DNA of 37,534 nucleotides from contig JBKJNP010000127.1 in the NCBI GenBank assembly GCA_046593565.1, positions 1-37,534 of the forward strand, written 5' to 3'. The notes below the pieces were generated by a model. That model did not search any database and was not told the DNA's origin. It saw nothing but the letters and a program-made list of their open reading frames with translations. Within the stretch, counting starts at the first letter, position 1; each line of letters begins with the position of its first letter. Shown piece by piece: positions 7,967 to 17,884 of the stretch. A program made the translations under genes and the position numbers. This stretch comes from Sphingomicrobium sp. (GTDB taxonomy: Bacteria > Pseudomonadota > Alphaproteobacteria > Sphingomonadales > Sphingomonadaceae).

Positions 7967-9879
7967 CTTGTGACCGACGAAATGCCCGCAGCACCGACCC
8001 CGACCTGGAACAGGATCGTGCTGATATCGCGCAACCGGGTCCAGAAGCTGTTCGACTGGGTTTTTACGGGGACGAAGATCACGTCGCCGGGCAGGACGGT
8101 GGCGTTGAGCGCGCCCTTGGAGCGGGGCAGCACTTCGCCATTGGCGCGGACGACGAAGATGTTGCTTCGGTCTGCCGCGCGCAACGGGCCGCCGGCGCGG
8201 TCGAGATATTGCTTTACTCGAAGCGGCCGGGTTTCGCCGTCGAGCAGGAAGGAAGCGGGGCGATAGACCGCGCCGAACACGCCGACGGTCGAGGGGCGGA
8301 CCGGTACATTGATCGAGTCATTATTCTCGAGCAGCACATTGGCGGGCAGCGCCGCCGCGGCGGGGTGGATCGGCATCACCACACGACCGTCGGGCTCGGC
8401 AGTGCGGAGCCGCTCGAGCACTTGCCGCGCACCGGCCAGTTCAAGCTCGCGCTGGCCGGGGACCGTGCTCGGATCGGCGGTGAGCGGGGCGGAGGCGAGA
8501 GTCAGCTCAAGCTGCTTGATCGCCTCGATGAAACTCTCGCGTTGCTGGACGCGGACCGACTGGCGGGTCAGGCGCGTGCCATAAGCGAAGGCACGCGGGG
8601 TGAGGCCGCCAGCGAGGTGCATCACCTGGCTCATTGGCGTATTGGGGGCGACGTAATAATTGCCCGGGCGGTTGACCTCGCCCTCGACCCGGACCAGCAC
8701 CGACTGGCGATCGACCGGCTGGATCAGCGAGCCGCGCGACAGCAGTTGGAGGATGTCGCCCCCGAGCGCGGGTGCATTGGCCATCGCCTCGCGCCGCACT
8801 TCCTGCGGGCCGATGCGGGCGGTGTCGGCGGTGCGATAGAGGATCACGCGGCTGGCATCGCCAAGATCATTGGTGCCGCCCGCAAGCGCAAGCGCGGTTT
8901 CGAGCGTTTCGCCGGGCTTGGTCTCGTAAATAGCTTCCTCATTGACCGATCCGATCACCGCGACCTGCGGTCCTGCGGGTGGGATGAACAATACGTCCTC
9001 ATTCTGAAGCACAGCATCGTTGACGCGATTGCCGCCGCGGACCAGCTGGTAGAGGTCGAAATCGGCGAATTCGGCGCCGTTGCGATATAGTTTGACGGTA
9101 CGAAAGCTGCCCCCGGCATTGGGACCGCCGGCCTGGAATACGGCATTGGCCATGGTCGACAGGCTGCTGACTGTGAAGGCGCCAGGATTGTTGGCGAAGC
9201 CGGTGACATAGACGCGGATGCCGCGCAGGCGGCGAATGCCGACGCTGACATTATAGCCGCGATATTGCCGCCCGATCGCCGCCGAGACCCGGTCCTGAAG
9301 ATCGCCGTAGCGGACACCAGCCAGGTTGATCGCGCCGACGCGGGGCAGGAAGATGCGGCCATTGGTGTCGATCTCGCGCTCGACGCTGCCCTCGATTGAC
9401 CCGGCCATGGCGATCGACACCACGTCGCCGACGTTGAGGATATAATCGGGCGGGACGGTCGCGGTCGCGGGGGTGGCAAAGTCGCGCTGGGCGGGGAGCA
9501 ACAGGTTGGACCCGAAGCGCGGCAGCTTGCGGCCGAGCACGCGCTCGACATAGCGCTCGAACTCGCTCGGTTTGGCGATCGGCTTGACGATGGAATCGGC
9601 GGCGGTCTGGCGCTGGGCGCTGAGCAGTTGCTCGGTCAGCAGCAACTGGCGCTCGGTATCGACCACCGAATCGGGGCGAAGGATCGCGGCGCCGAGCGGA
9701 TCGGCGGCGCTGAGGCCGCCTTGGTTAGGAAGCGTGCGCGGATCGACTGAGCCTACCGGCGAGCCCGCCGGGATATTGCGCGGATCGATCTGTTGCACCA
9801 TTTGCGCGCTACCAGCAGTCGCGAACAGGAGGGCGACCCCAACACCGACGGCCATGGATTTCCGCACCAACGACTTCAT
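7963..9879 (-). CDS. OPX polysaccharide export protein with multiple SLBB domains (KpsD/OtnA-like)
   Basis: VPPDYILNVGDVV and IDTNGRIFLPRVGAI (Poly_export motif); repeated V-x-V-x-G-x-V-x-x-PG SLBB units; amphipathic C-terminal helix; signal peptide without lipobox Cys; GGGAGAGG RBS favours a start at 9879 or 9882. Confidence 0.88.
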   Translation of the reverse strand: MKSLVRKSMAVGVGVALLFATAGSAQMVQQIDPRNIPAGSPVGSVDPRTLPNQGGLSAADPLGAAILRPDSVVDTERQLLLTEQLLSAQRQTAADSIVKPIAKPSEFERYVERVLGRKLPRFGSNLLLPAQRDFATPATATVPPDYILNVGDVVSIAMAGSIEGSVEREIDTNGRIFLPRVGAINLAGVRYGDLQDRVSAAIGRQYRGYNVSVGIRRLRGIRVYVTGFANNPGAFTVSSLSTMANAVFQAGGPNAGGSFRTVKLYRNGAEFADFDLYQLVRGGNRVNDAVLQNEDVLFIPPAGPQVAVIGSVNEEAIYETKPGETLETALALAGGTNDLGDASRVILYRTADTARIGPQEVRREAMANAPALGGDILQLLSRGSLIQPVDRQSVLVRVEGEVNRPGNYYVAPNTPMSQVMHLAGGLTPRAFAYGTRLTRQSVRVQQRESFIEAIKQLELTLASAPLTADPSTVPGQRELELAGARQVLERLRTAEPDGRVVMPIHPAAAALPANVLLENNDSINVPVRPSTVGVFGAVYRPASFLLDGETRPLRVKQYLDRAGGPLRAADRSNIFVVRANGEVLPRSKGALNATVLPGDVIFVPVKTQSNSFWTRLRDISTILFQVGVGAAGISSVTR

Positions 9880-9918
9880 CACTCTAGACACCTCTCCCGA
9901 ACATCAGCGCGCTGGCTA

Positions 9919-10911
9919 TCACGCAGGCTGATCATATGCCAGCCTGTCGCGCGACTCGCGTCCTTCAAAAAACGACAGATAATCAACGGTTTCCGTGACC
10001 TGGCGGGCGAATGGCACCGGCGCGATGCAATGGCGGGCGAGCAGGGCGGCGTAAGCGCTACCGTCGCCGGCATATTCGTCGATGATCGCGGGATCGAGCG
10101 GCGGGCGATCGATTGCACTGGTGCCGATCTGGTCGGCGACCGCTTGGGCGATGGCCTGCATCTCAAGCGGCTCCCCGCCGCTGTCGAAGCGGGTGATGAC
10201 TTTGGTGCCGTCAAGCAGCAAGGCAAACACCAGCGACATGAGTTCGCGGATCGCGACGTAGGATCGGATGGCGCGGTGCGGGGCGCGGATCGCGATCGGG
10301 CCGCCGGCCAGGGCATCGAGAATGAAGGCGGCGAGAGCGTAGCTTCGCTGCTTGTTGATGTAGGGGCCGGAGAGGTTGAAGATCCGGGCGATGACGGCGC
10401 GATTTGCGGTGCGGTCGGCCCAGTCGGCGAAGCGCGCTTCCTGTTCGCACTTGAGCGTGCCGTAGAGGCGCATTGCGGGGGCAGGGTTCGGGTAATCGGC
10501 GAAACTGGCGGCGCCCGAAGAGGCAATAAAGATGGATTTGGTTTCAATGGCGTCGAGTGCGTTCAGAACCTGATCGTCGATCGCGCGGTTGGCGGCGCGA
10601 TAGGCGGGTTCGTCCATCGCCACGGCGCGATCCTTGGTCAGGAAGGCGAGGTGGAGGAGAATGGTCGGGGCGGGAGGCAGCGTTGCGATTTCCGTGAGCG
10701 GGCGTTGCGCGACTGGCGTGCCGTCCTGCAGCGCCAGGGTGCGCCGGTTCGATCCCAAGCAATGGACGCGCGCCGCGAATTGGTCGCCCAGCGCGGTCTT
10801 GAGCAGGTCGAGGGTGGCGAGGCCGATCCAGCCGCCGGCCCCCGCAATCACAATCCGCGCGTCGCTCGCCCGAATTGCCTCGGCGACGTGGGGCTCGAGT
10901 GCGCCCATCAC
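9919..10911 (-). CDS. NAD(P)-dependent epimerase/dehydratase/reductase (extended SDR); candidate YerF-like branch ketoreductase
   Basis: GAGGWIG, ASSGA, YGTLK (YxxxK), RIFNLSGP and RSYV motifs. The specific role is inferred from context. Confidence 0.82.
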   Translation of the reverse strand: MMGALEPHVAEAIRASDARIVIAGAGGWIGLATLDLLKTALGDQFAARVHCLGSNRRTLALQDGTPVAQRPLTEIATLPPAPTILLHLAFLTKDRAVAMDEPAYRAANRAIDDQVLNALDAIETKSIFIASSGAASFADYPNPAPAMRLYGTLKCEQEARFADWADRTANRAVIARIFNLSGPYINKQRSYALAAFILDALAGGPIAIRAPHRAIRSYVAIRELMSLVFALLLDGTKVITRFDSGGEPLEMQAIAQAVADQIGTSAIDRPPLDPAIIDEYAGDGSAYAALLARHCIAPVPFARQVTETVDYLSFFEGRESRDRLAYDQPA

Positions 10912-11573
10912 GCGACTCGGCGCTGCGATGCGGCGATGAAAGGCGCGAGCTGGTCGAAACGGTCGAAGCGGGCCAGCGCGTTGATATGTTGGCCGGGTTC
11001 GGCATAGCCATAGGTAACGAACAGGAAGCCGATTCCGGCGCTGGCGGCGGTCTGGCGGTCGACATCGCTGTCGCCGACGTAGAGGCAGTTCTCCGCCGTC
11101 GTCCCGAGTTGCGCGAGCGCGCGTAACGCGAGGTCGGGGGCGGGTTTGAGAGGGATGCCATCCACGCTGCCGACGACCGCCACGAATTGGCGCTCAAGGG
11201 ACAGATCGGTAACAATCTTGTTGCACAGGGATTGCGGCTTGTTGGAGCAGATCGCCATGCGCACGCCGAGCGCGGACAGGGCAGCCAGCCCTTCTATTAC
11301 ACCGGTAAAGAGACAATCGGCGGGAGTCAGGAGCGCGGCGTAGCGGGCGCGGAAGTCGGGGAGGTCTTGGGCCAAGTCGGCGAGATCGGGGCCGAGCAGC
11401 GCGGTGACCAGTTGCGATCCGCCCTGGGTCAGGAAGGCACGGGCGTCGGTGGCGGCGACGGTGCGGGGCGACCCGCGATGGCCAAGCATCTGATTGACGA
11501 TCCCGGCAATCAGCGGGGCGCTGTCGATCAACGTGCCGTCGAGGTCGACGATCAGCGACGGCGGGCCGTTCAC
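10908..11573 (-). CDS. HAD-family phosphatase (Gph-like)
   Basis: DLDGTLIDS (motif I), ICSNK, LKPAPD and YVGDSDVD; GTGA overlaps on both sides. Confidence 0.9.
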   Translation of the reverse strand: MNGPPSLIVDLDGTLIDSAPLIAGIVNQMLGHRGSPRTVAATDARAFLTQGGSQLVTALLGPDLADLAQDLPDFRARYAALLTPADCLFTGVIEGLAALSALGVRMAICSNKPQSLCNKIVTDLSLERQFVAVVGSVDGIPLKPAPDLALRALAQLGTTAENCLYVGDSDVDRQTAASAGIGFLFVTYGYAEPGQHINALARFDRFDQLAPFIAASQRRVA

Positions 11574-13381
11574 TCGGGGACCGCCAGCGCCTCGGCCAGT
11601 TCATCGCGCGGCAGGAAGGGGGCGAGATCTTCCATCGGCGCGGTCACCATGGAGCCGTCCTCAAGCCGACGCGAGGAAACTTTGGGGGCGAAATTCTGCC
11701 CCATGTCGACCATGATTTCGCACAAGGCCGCGCCCGGAGCAGCGAGGGTCTCGCCGATTGCGCGGGCCATGTCGTCATGCTCCGACACGCGGGTGTAGGA
11801 CAGTCCAAAGGCGGTCGCGATCTTCTCGAAATCGGGAAAGGTGACCCCGCTATCGGGACCACAACCCACCGAAAAACCGTCGAAATAGGCTTGCTGCGAT
11901 TGGCGGATCGAGTGGTAGCCGCTGTTGTTGTAGAGGAAAATCTTGGCCGGGATGCGCTGGCCGACGATGGTCTGCAATTCCTGCAGATTCTGCATGATGC
12001 TGCCGTCGCCGGCGAGGCAGATGATGCGAGGCGATCCTGGCGGCATGGCGTGCCATGCGCCGATCGTCGCGGGCAAATCATAGCCCATCGAGGCCGCGCC
12101 CGAATTGGAATAGAGCCGCTGCCCGCGCTTCAGTTTCGCGGTCTGCACCGTGCACACTGCAGCGGTGGCGTCGGCCATGACGATCACCTCATCCTCGGTG
12201 AGCGCCTCGAACAATGTGTCGACGAAGCAATAGGGGTTCACCACGCCTTTCGTGTCCCAATATTCGGGGAGCAAGGCAGGATATTTGCGGCGGCGCACCT
12301 GGCCCCAGGCGACATAGGCGGCGTGAGCAGGCGCCGTTTCGTAGCCGTCGAGTTCTTCGAGCAGGACAGTGAGAAAGTCGGCGAGGTGGGCGTGGACGGG
12401 CAGGTCGATCGAGACGGTCGGCTTGGCCAGTTCGGCGGAGTCGACATCGACCATGATCTTGGCCGCGTCAGGCGCGAAAGCGGCGAAATTGTAGCTGATC
12501 TGGCGGACGTTGAGGCGGCAGCCGAGGACCAGCAACAGGTCGGACTTCTGGACTACGAAATTGCCGGCGCGGTCGCCGACGGTGCCGGGGCGGCCGACGT
12601 AGAGTGGATGATCGTCGGCGACGACATCCTGCGCATTCCACGCCGGGGCGATGGCGATGCCGAGCTTGTCGGCAACTTTCAGGAACAGGTCGTGCGCACC
12701 GGCGATGCGGACCCCGGTGCCGGGAAGCAACACGGGGCGCCTGGCGTCGCGAAGCATGGCGATCAACTGGCGGGCGGGTTCGCGCAGGGCGTCGCCTTGG
12801 AGTGCGCCGTCACGCTCACTGGCGGGGTCGAATCCGGGCAAGGCATCGGGGTCGATCATCGCCGACTGGACGTCGATCGGAATGTCGAGCCAAACCGGTC
12901 CCGGCCGTCCGCTTTCCGCCAGCCACAGCGCTTTTTCGAGCAGGAAGCGGATCTCGGCCGGATCATCGACCAACGCCGCGAATTTGGTGATCGGGGTGGC
13001 CATCGCCACGATGTCGGCTTCCTGGTCGCCGAGCTGGCGAAGGCCCGGCGCGGTCGCGCGCAACGTCTCGCGTTTCACTTGCCCCGACAGGACGATCATT
13101 GCGATCGAATCGGTGTAGGCGCCGTGGACCCCGTTGAGCGCGTTGATTCCGCCAGGCCCGGTGGTAACATTGAGCGCCGCAAGTCGGCCCGACAGGCGGG
13201 TGTAGCTTTCTGCCGCCATCGCCAGCGCCTGCTCGTGATGGCAGCAAATGTAGCGAAGTCCCTCGGCGCGACCGAGCGCGTCGTTGAGGTGCATCGCCCC
13301 GCCGCCGGTCAGCATGAAAACGTCGGTAATGCCGTGCTGCACCAGGCGCGCGGCGACATAATCGGACAGGCGAACGGTCAT
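11570..13381 (-). CDS. ThDP-dependent acetolactate-synthase-like enzyme; candidate YerE-type sugar carboligase
   Basis: LTGGGAMHLNDAL, HHEQALAMAAESY, VTTGPG, GRPGPVWLDIPIDVQ, and ThDP motif GDGS...NNSGYHSIR; embedded in a CDP-sugar operon with no ilvH/ilvC nearby. Start set at ATG 13381 (MTVRLSDY). Confidence 0.88.
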   Translation of the reverse strand: MTVRLSDYVAARLVQHGITDVFMLTGGGAMHLNDALGRAEGLRYICCHHEQALAMAAESYTRLSGRLAALNVTTGPGGINALNGVHGAYTDSIAMIVLSGQVKRETLRATAPGLRQLGDQEADIVAMATPITKFAALVDDPAEIRFLLEKALWLAESGRPGPVWLDIPIDVQSAMIDPDALPGFDPASERDGALQGDALREPARQLIAMLRDARRPVLLPGTGVRIAGAHDLFLKVADKLGIAIAPAWNAQDVVADDHPLYVGRPGTVGDRAGNFVVQKSDLLLVLGCRLNVRQISYNFAAFAPDAAKIMVDVDSAELAKPTVSIDLPVHAHLADFLTVLLEELDGYETAPAHAAYVAWGQVRRRKYPALLPEYWDTKGVVNPYCFVDTLFEALTEDEVIVMADATAAVCTVQTAKLKRGQRLYSNSGAASMGYDLPATIGAWHAMPPGSPRIICLAGDGSIMQNLQELQTIVGQRIPAKIFLYNNSGYHSIRQSQQAYFDGFSVGCGPDSGVTFPDFEKIATAFGLSYTRVSEHDDMARAIGETLAAPGAALCEIMVDMGQNFAPKVSSRRLEDGSMVTAPMEDLAPFLPRDELAEALAVPE

Positions 13382-13400
13382 TGGTGGGTCGTGCGCCGGA

Positions 13401-14516
13401 TCAGGTGCCAACCGCTTGGCTAGCCGGCAAGTCGTCGGGCAGGCCGCGGTCCAGTATCATGTCCACCAACGCCTTGTCGGCGCAGATCGGCGCATCGACG
13501 CCGTCGATCGTCAGCGGCTCATTCGCCAAAAGCGGCGCGGTCAATCGCTCGCCGCCGTCAAACTCGCGAGTTGATAGTTGGCCTTTGAGCAACGGTACCG
13601 AGAAATAGACGTCGTCGCGGGTCAGCACCGCGCCCTCGGCGAGATCGCGCTTGGCATAGACGCCGCGAACCAGCGCATCGAGATATCGCCGCTCGCCCTC
13701 GGGCACCGTGCGCCGCTCGACCGGCGCGCCACCGCACATTTCGCGCGCTTTCTTGAAGGCACGGAACCAGATGTCGGCCTGCTCGGGTTTGGTGCAATAG
13801 GGGCTGACCGGAATGCCGTCATAATCGATGTCGATATGACGTTCGAACGTGCGCGCGCCCTTGGCGTAGGCGATCATGATCGAATCGTGCCAGTCGCGCT
13901 GCTCGTGGGTCGAGAAACCGATCGTGACGTTAGGGTAGCGGGCACGTAAATGGTCGATCTGGTTGAGCTCGAGGTCGCCATCCTCCGATGGGTAGAGCGA
14001 TACGCAATGATTAAGCGCAAACGGGATGCCGCGACTGGTGAAAAAGGACACGAGCGTATCGATATGATCGAGATCGGCGCCGCCCGACGAGGCGATCACG
14101 GGGAGGCCGGCCGCAGCGATCTTCTCTAGCAAGCTGCGGTCGCGGATATCGGAGCTGGCGATCTTGAGGATATCGACGCCAAATTCGACGCATTTGTCGA
14201 CCGACGCTTCGTCGAATGGGGTGACCATCGTCACCATGCCAACGTTGCGCACCGCCTCGACCAGGGTACGAAGTTCGTTCCAGTGGAGCTTGGTATCAAG
14301 AGTCTTCTTGATGTAGCGGATGTCGGTGCGGTCGCGATAATCGGCGTGGACGAAGCTGTCGACGTCGCGAAATTGCAGCTTGATCGCGGCATGGACGTCG
14401 TTGAATCGCACCACCCGGGCGAAATCGCTGACGATCTTCAGCCCGCGATCGAGCTTGCCCCAGTGATTGTTCGCCAGTTCGAGCACGAACAGATCGTTGA
14501 AAATGGAAGCGGACAC
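13401..14516 (-). CDS. NeuB/SpsE-family PEP-dependent ulosonate synthase with C-terminal SAF domain
   Basis: ELANNHWG, IKLQ, TPFD, KIASSD, HCVSLYP, GFSTHE and FERH; SAF region RGVYAKRDLAEGAVL; GGGAGA RBS 6 nt before GTG 14516. Confidence 0.88.
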   Translation of the reverse strand: MSASIFNDLFVLELANNHWGKLDRGLKIVSDFARVVRFNDVHAAIKLQFRDVDSFVHADYRDRTDIRYIKKTLDTKLHWNELRTLVEAVRNVGMVTMVTPFDEASVDKCVEFGVDILKIASSDIRDRSLLEKIAAAGLPVIASSGGADLDHIDTLVSFFTSRGIPFALNHCVSLYPSEDGDLELNQIDHLRARYPNVTIGFSTHEQRDWHDSIMIAYAKGARTFERHIDIDYDGIPVSPYCTKPEQADIWFRAFKKAREMCGGAPVERRTVPEGERRYLDALVRGVYAKRDLAEGAVLTRDDVYFSVPLLKGQLSTREFDGGERLTAPLLANEPLTIDGVDAPICADKALVDMILDRGLPDDLPASQAVGT

Positions 14517-14533
14517 GCAAATTCTCCCTAGGG

Positions 14534-15889
14534 TCACGCGGCTATAAAGCGCTTAATCGTTTCTGTCGCATAATGCAGATGGGCTTGCTCCAGCCCCGGA
14601 TAGAGGCCAATCCAGAACGTCCGTTCGGTCACGATATTCGCATTGGTCAACTCCCCAACCACGCGATAGTCGCGACCGCGCATGTACGGCTGGCGGATCA
14701 GATTGCCGCCGAACAGCAGGCGCGTCCCGATGCGTGCTGCATCGAGATGCTGGATCAGCGCATCGCGGGTCACGGGTGAACCTTCCCTGAGCGTGATCGG
14801 ATAGCCGAACCAGGACGGCTGGCTGTTTGGCGTTGGCTCGGGAAGGATAAGCACATCCTCGATCGGCTTGAGCATTTCGGTCAGCGCTTCGAAATTGCGC
14901 TGGCGAGCGGCAATGAAGCCATCGAGCCGATCGAGCTGGGCGAGGCCGACCGCGGCCTGCATGTCGGTGATCTTCAGATTATAGCCGCAGTGGCTGTAGG
15001 TATATTTATGGTCGTAGCCCATCGGCAGCTGGCCGAGCTTGCGGCAGAAACGCTTGCCGCAGGTATTGTCCATGCCGGGCTGGCACCAGCAATCGCGGCC
15101 CCAGTCGCGCATCGATTCGATCACCCGCTTGAGCATCGGCTTATCGGTGAACACCGCGCCGCCTTCGCCCATCGTAATGTGATGCGCCGGGTAGAAGCTC
15201 AAGGTGCCGATGTCGCCGAAGGTGCCGACACCCTGGCCATTGTAGGTGGCGCCCAAGGCGTCGCAGCAATCCTCGACCACCCACAGGTCGTACTTCCTGG
15301 CGACGCGCATGACTTCGCCCAGGTCGAACGGATTGCCGAGGGTGTGCGCGATCATGATCGCGCGGGTGCGGTCCGACACCGCTGCCTCGATCATCGCCGG
15401 GGCGATATTATAGGTCGGGATGTCAACGTCGACGAACACCGGGACGAGACCATATTGCAGCGAAGGATTGACCGTGGTCGGGAAGCCGGTGGCGACGGTG
15501 ATTACCTCGTCTCCCGGCTTGAGCGCATCGCCACGGAGATAATGCGAGGTCAGCGACGAGAGCGCGAGGAGGTTGGCCGAGGAGCCGCTGTTGGTGGTCA
15601 GTGCATGGCGCACCCCGAGCCGGGCGGAAAGCTTGTCCTCGAACGCGGCGTTGAAGCGGCCGGTGGTCAGCCAGAAATCGAGCGCGCTGTCGACCAGAGA
15701 CTGCATGTCCGACGCGCCATAGACCTTGCCCGACACCGGCACCGGGCTTGTCCCCGGGACGAAGGCGCGCGGGGCATGGTGACGGCGGGCATATTCGCCG
15801 ACCAGGTCGAGGATCAGGGCGCGCAGGCCGGGCTCGTCCGACTGCTCGGCGATCGCCTGCAGGTCGCGGGTCGCGAGAAGGTCGGTCAC
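14534..15889 (-). CDS. rfbH: CDP-4-keto-6-deoxy-D-glucose 3-dehydrase (E1)
   Basis: [24 protein letters not shown] and EDCCDALG; [14 protein letters not shown] (His in place of the Schiff-base Lys); [17 protein letters not shown] Fe-S Cys motif; GYDHKY. GTG 15889 overlaps the rfbG stop. Confidence 0.95.
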   Translation of the reverse strand: MTDLLATRDLQAIAEQSDEPGLRALILDLVGEYARRHHAPRAFVPGTSPVPVSGKVYGASDMQSLVDSALDFWLTTGRFNAAFEDKLSARLGVRHALTTNSGSSANLLALSSLTSHYLRGDALKPGDEVITVATGFPTTVNPSLQYGLVPVFVDVDIPTYNIAPAMIEAAVSDRTRAIMIAHTLGNPFDLGEVMRVARKYDLWVVEDCCDALGATYNGQGVGTFGDIGTLSFYPAHHITMGEGGAVFTDKPMLKRVIESMRDWGRDCWCQPGMDNTCGKRFCRKLGQLPMGYDHKYTYSHCGYNLKITDMQAAVGLAQLDRLDGFIAARQRNFEALTEMLKPIEDVLILPEPTPNSQPSWFGYPITLREGSPVTRDALIQHLDAARIGTRLLFGGNLIRQPYMRGRDYRVVGELTNANIVTERTFWIGLYPGLEQAHLHYATETIKRFIAA

Positions 15890-16962
15890 GCCCAAATCGT
15901 TTGTCCCACTGTCTTCGACCTCTCGTAATCCTGTATCTGCCCAACGCTCGTTGCCTGGGCATCGGTCCCGGCGGCGACCGCCTTGTGCCATTCGGCGACG
16001 AGCCCCAGCGCGCGCTCGAGCGGCAGGCGCGGTGCCCAGCCGAGCGAGGTACGTGCTTTCGAGCAATCCAGCTTCAACAGATTGGCTTCGTGCGGCTGGT
16101 CGAGATCGGGCGAATCCCAGCCCTCGGCGCCCCACGCGTCGAGCAATTGATCGGCCACCCAGGCGACCGGCCTGGCATCATCCTCGGTTGGACCGAAATT
16201 CCAGGCAGAAGCTATCGCATCCTCGCCGTCGAGCAGGCGCTGGCCAATCAACAGGTAACCCGACAGCGCATCGAGCACGTGCTGCCAAGGGCGGATCGCT
16301 TGCGGATTGCGGATCTGTGGTCGCTTGCTGGCGAGCATCGCGCGGACGATGTCGGGGACCAGCCGATCCGCGGCCCAATCGCCGCCGCCGATGACATTGC
16401 CGGCGCGGACCGACGCGACGAGCGGACCATTAGCAAAATAAGAGCGGCGGAAGGAGGCGATCGCCAGCTCGGCGGCACCCTTGCTGCTGCTATAGGGGTC
16501 GTGCCCACCCATCGGGTCACTCTCGCGATAGGGCCACACCCATTCGCGATTCTCGTAACATTTGTCGCTGGTGACGCAGACGATGGCGCGGACGCTGTCG
16601 ATCCGGCGGCAGGCGTCGAGCAGATGGACCGTGCCCATGACGTTGGTGGCGTAGGTCGCGACCGGGTCGGCGTAGGAAGCGCGAACCAGCGGCTGCGCGG
16701 CGAGGTGGAAGATGAGCTCGGGCCGGGCCTCAGCGATAGCGTGCTCGAAGGCGGCCGGATCGCGGATGTCTCCCTCGACGTGGGTGATTATCTCGGCGAG
16801 GCGGGCGTGCTCGAACAGGCTGGGGCTGGTCGCCGGCAGCGCGAAGCCGGTGACCTCGGCGCCGAGCTGGTGCAGCCACAGCGCCAGCCAGCCGCCTTTG
16901 AAGCCGGTATGGCCGGTGAGCAGCACGCGGCGGCCCTGCCAGGTGGCGGACTTCACCAGCAT
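15886..16962 (-). CDS. rfbG: CDP-glucose 4,6-dehydratase
   Basis: [50 protein letters not shown] and RPWQHVL. Confidence 0.96.
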   Translation of the reverse strand: MLVKSATWQGRRVLLTGHTGFKGGWLALWLHQLGAEVTGFALPATSPSLFEHARLAEIITHVEGDIRDPAAFEHAIAEARPELIFHLAAQPLVRASYADPVATYATNVMGTVHLLDACRRIDSVRAIVCVTSDKCYENREWVWPYRESDPMGGHDPYSSSKGAAELAIASFRRSYFANGPLVASVRAGNVIGGGDWAADRLVPDIVRAMLASKRPQIRNPQAIRPWQHVLDALSGYLLIGQRLLDGEDAIASAWNFGPTEDDARPVAWVADQLLDAWGAEGWDSPDLDQPHEANLLKLDCSKARTSLGWAPRLPLERALGLVAEWHKAVAAGTDAQATSVGQIQDYERSKTVGQTIWA

Positions 16963-17735
16963 TTCCACGGCGCCCCGCTGGCCCATAATTCCTCGAGATG
17001 AACCTTGTCGCGCAGCGTATCCATCGGTTGCCAGAAACCGGCGTGGCGATAGGCCATCAATTCGCCGTCCGCCGCCAGCCGCTCAAGCGGTTCACGCTCC
17101 CAAGGCGTGTCGGGGCCGTCGATAAGGTCGAGCACCGACGGATCGGCAACGAAGAAGCCGCCGTTGATCATCGCCCCGTCGCCATCGGGCTTTTCACGGA
17201 AGTTGCGCACCCGGTCGCCGTCGAATTCGATCGCGCCGAACCGGCCCGGCGGGGCAACGGCGGAGATAGTGGCGCGCTTGCCGTGGGCGCGGTGAAAGGC
17301 GATCAGCGCGGTGATGTCGATCGAGGCGAGGCCGTCGCCATAAGTGAAGCAGAACGGCTCGCCGTCATTCAGATAGGGCCGGATCGCCTTCAGTCGCCCG
17401 CCGGTCTGGGTGTCTGCGCCGGTCTCGACCAGGGTGATCTTCCATGGTTCCGATCGCTGCTGGTGAACCTCGATCGCATTGTTCTTGAGATCGATCGTGA
17501 CGTCGGCCGTATGGAGGAAGTAATTGGCGAAATATTCCTTGATCAGATAGCCCTTGTAGCCGAGGCAGACGATGAAGTGGTTCACGCCGTGGGCTGAATA
17601 GAGCTTCATGATGTGCCAGATGATCGGCATCCCGCCGATCTCGATCATCGGCTTGGGGCGAATCGCGGTTTCCTCCCCCAAACGGGTTCCCAGTCCGCCG
17701 GCAAGAATGACCGCTTGCACCGCTTGTTTCTCCAC
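16953..17735 (-). CDS. rfbF: Glucose-1-phosphate cytidylyltransferase
   Basis: [36 protein letters not shown] and [12 protein letters not shown]...APWK. Confidence 0.96.
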   Translation of the reverse strand: MEKQAVQAVILAGGLGTRLGEETAIRPKPMIEIGGMPIIWHIMKLYSAHGVNHFIVCLGYKGYLIKEYFANYFLHTADVTIDLKNNAIEVHQQRSEPWKITLVETGADTQTGGRLKAIRPYLNDGEPFCFTYGDGLASIDITALIAFHRAHGKRATISAVAPPGRFGAIEFDGDRVRNFREKPDGDGAMINGGFFVADPSVLDLIDGPDTPWEREPLERLAADGELMAYRHAGFWQPMDTLRDKVHLEELWASGAPWKCW

Positions 17736-17791
17736 GAAAAATTTCCACCCGCCCCGTGGCGCTTGGGGGCGACCGTGACGCCGATTAAACG

Positions 17792-17815
17792 AAAAGTAAA
17801 AAAGCCAATGCTGGC
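17792..17815 (-). terminator. Possible weak intrinsic terminator/attenuator between the ArnT-like gene and rfbF
   Basis: Minus strand reads GCCA-GCAT-TGGC followed by TTTTTTACTTTT. The stem is only 4-5 bp, so this may simply be an AT-rich promoter element. Confidence 0.25.
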
Positions 17816-17884
17816 CAACACTTAGCCTTATCGCCCGGCACGCTTGATGACCACAAAAAATGAATCCGCACAGGCAAACCGAGG

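Noticed and set aside
11570-13381. Annotation as housekeeping acetolactate synthase ilvB/ilvI
   Set aside because: No regulatory subunit or ilvC is adjacent; it is coupled within a CDP-sugar operon and carries the GGGAMHLND motif I associate with sugar-cluster ThDP enzymes.
15890-16135. Longer ORF-track starts for rfbH, and similarly for gtrA (6082), FkbM (4246), urcA (31171), VOC (33856) and the small TM protein (34250)
   Set aside because: The extensions overlap upstream genes or regulatory DNA; downstream starts have RBSs, stop/start coupling or a better fit to the family N-terminus.
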